32,000 nucleotides of DNA from Candidatus Thorarchaeota archaeon. GTDB lineage: Archaea > Asgardarchaeota > Heimdallarchaeia > Hodarchaeales > Hodarchaeaceae. A model generated the notes under the pieces. That model was given only the letters and a program-made list of their open reading frames with translations. It had not been told where the DNA came from and searched no databases. Below, piece after piece: positions 31,873 through 32,000 of the stretch (position 1 is its first letter; each line of letters opens with the position of its first letter). The stretch is taken from contig JBHLRO010000016.1 in NCBI GenBank assembly GCA_048882505.1, positions 30,001 through 62,000 of the forward strand, in the 5' to 3' direction. Both the position numbers and the translations under genes were made by a program.

Positions 31873-32000
31873 ATGTCAGATCCAGTGGATAAGAAACGAT
31901 CGTATGATGATTTTCAAGACTCTTACACAAGAACTATGGAACGTCGGATTCGAGCTTTGGAAACAGAACGGCATTTACTCGAGATCCAACGGAATAAACT
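31873..32000 (+). CDS. pan: Probable N-terminus of proteasome-activating nucleotidase (3'-partial)
   Basis: MSDPVDKKRSYDDFQDSYTRTMERRIRALETERHLLEIQRNKL, a coiled-coil start typical of PAN. mbf1 and pan are frequent neighbours in archaea. Only 42 codons are visible. Confidence 0.6.
   Translation, partial: MSDPVDKKRSYDDFQDSYTRTMERRIRALETERHLLEIQRNK

Noticed and set aside
1-32000. CRISPR arrays, transposases, integrases, rRNA genes, selenoprotein TGA read-through
   Set aside because: No regularly spaced repeats, catalytic motifs or rRNA-length conserved blocks were seen by eye. The TGA/TAG in the 30.6-30.9 kb gene come with frameshifts, indicating decay rather than recoding.

Overview
This is an archaeal core-genome window, probably from an Asgard (Heimdallarchaeia-like) archaeon. 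That assignment is inferred from a ribophorin I homolog, archaeal-type ribosomal proteins and BHB tRNA introns. The window holds the rps15 / GAN(Cdc45-RecJ) / pcc1 / rps3Ae neighbourhood, tpiA, nurA-herA, and an spc-type ribosomal cluster broken into three permuted blocks (L32e-L15; secY; S8-L6). It also has an ArcE/cDPG-synthetase-like enzyme, trm112, a ferredoxin, mbf1 and the start of pan. The ORF track misses most of the interesting signal. There are five tRNA genes: Trp with three introns (one a C/D guide), Gln with two introns, Ile2/Met(CAT) with one, Val and Asn. An anticodon-deleted 5' copy of tRNA-Trp lies upstream of the intact gene. One tRNA-Gln intron looks like a duplicate of its own anticodon arm. 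A complete double-guide box C/D sRNA sits directly before trm112, and both guides point into the 23S peptidyl-transferase centre at positions also methylated in eukaryotes. Two DNA replication/repair genes appear to start at ATT behind a correctly spaced Shine-Dalgarno. There is also a decayed NTF2/SnoaL-like pseudogene. No CRISPR array, transposase or integrase was seen. All family assignments come from motif recognition by eye, without database searches.
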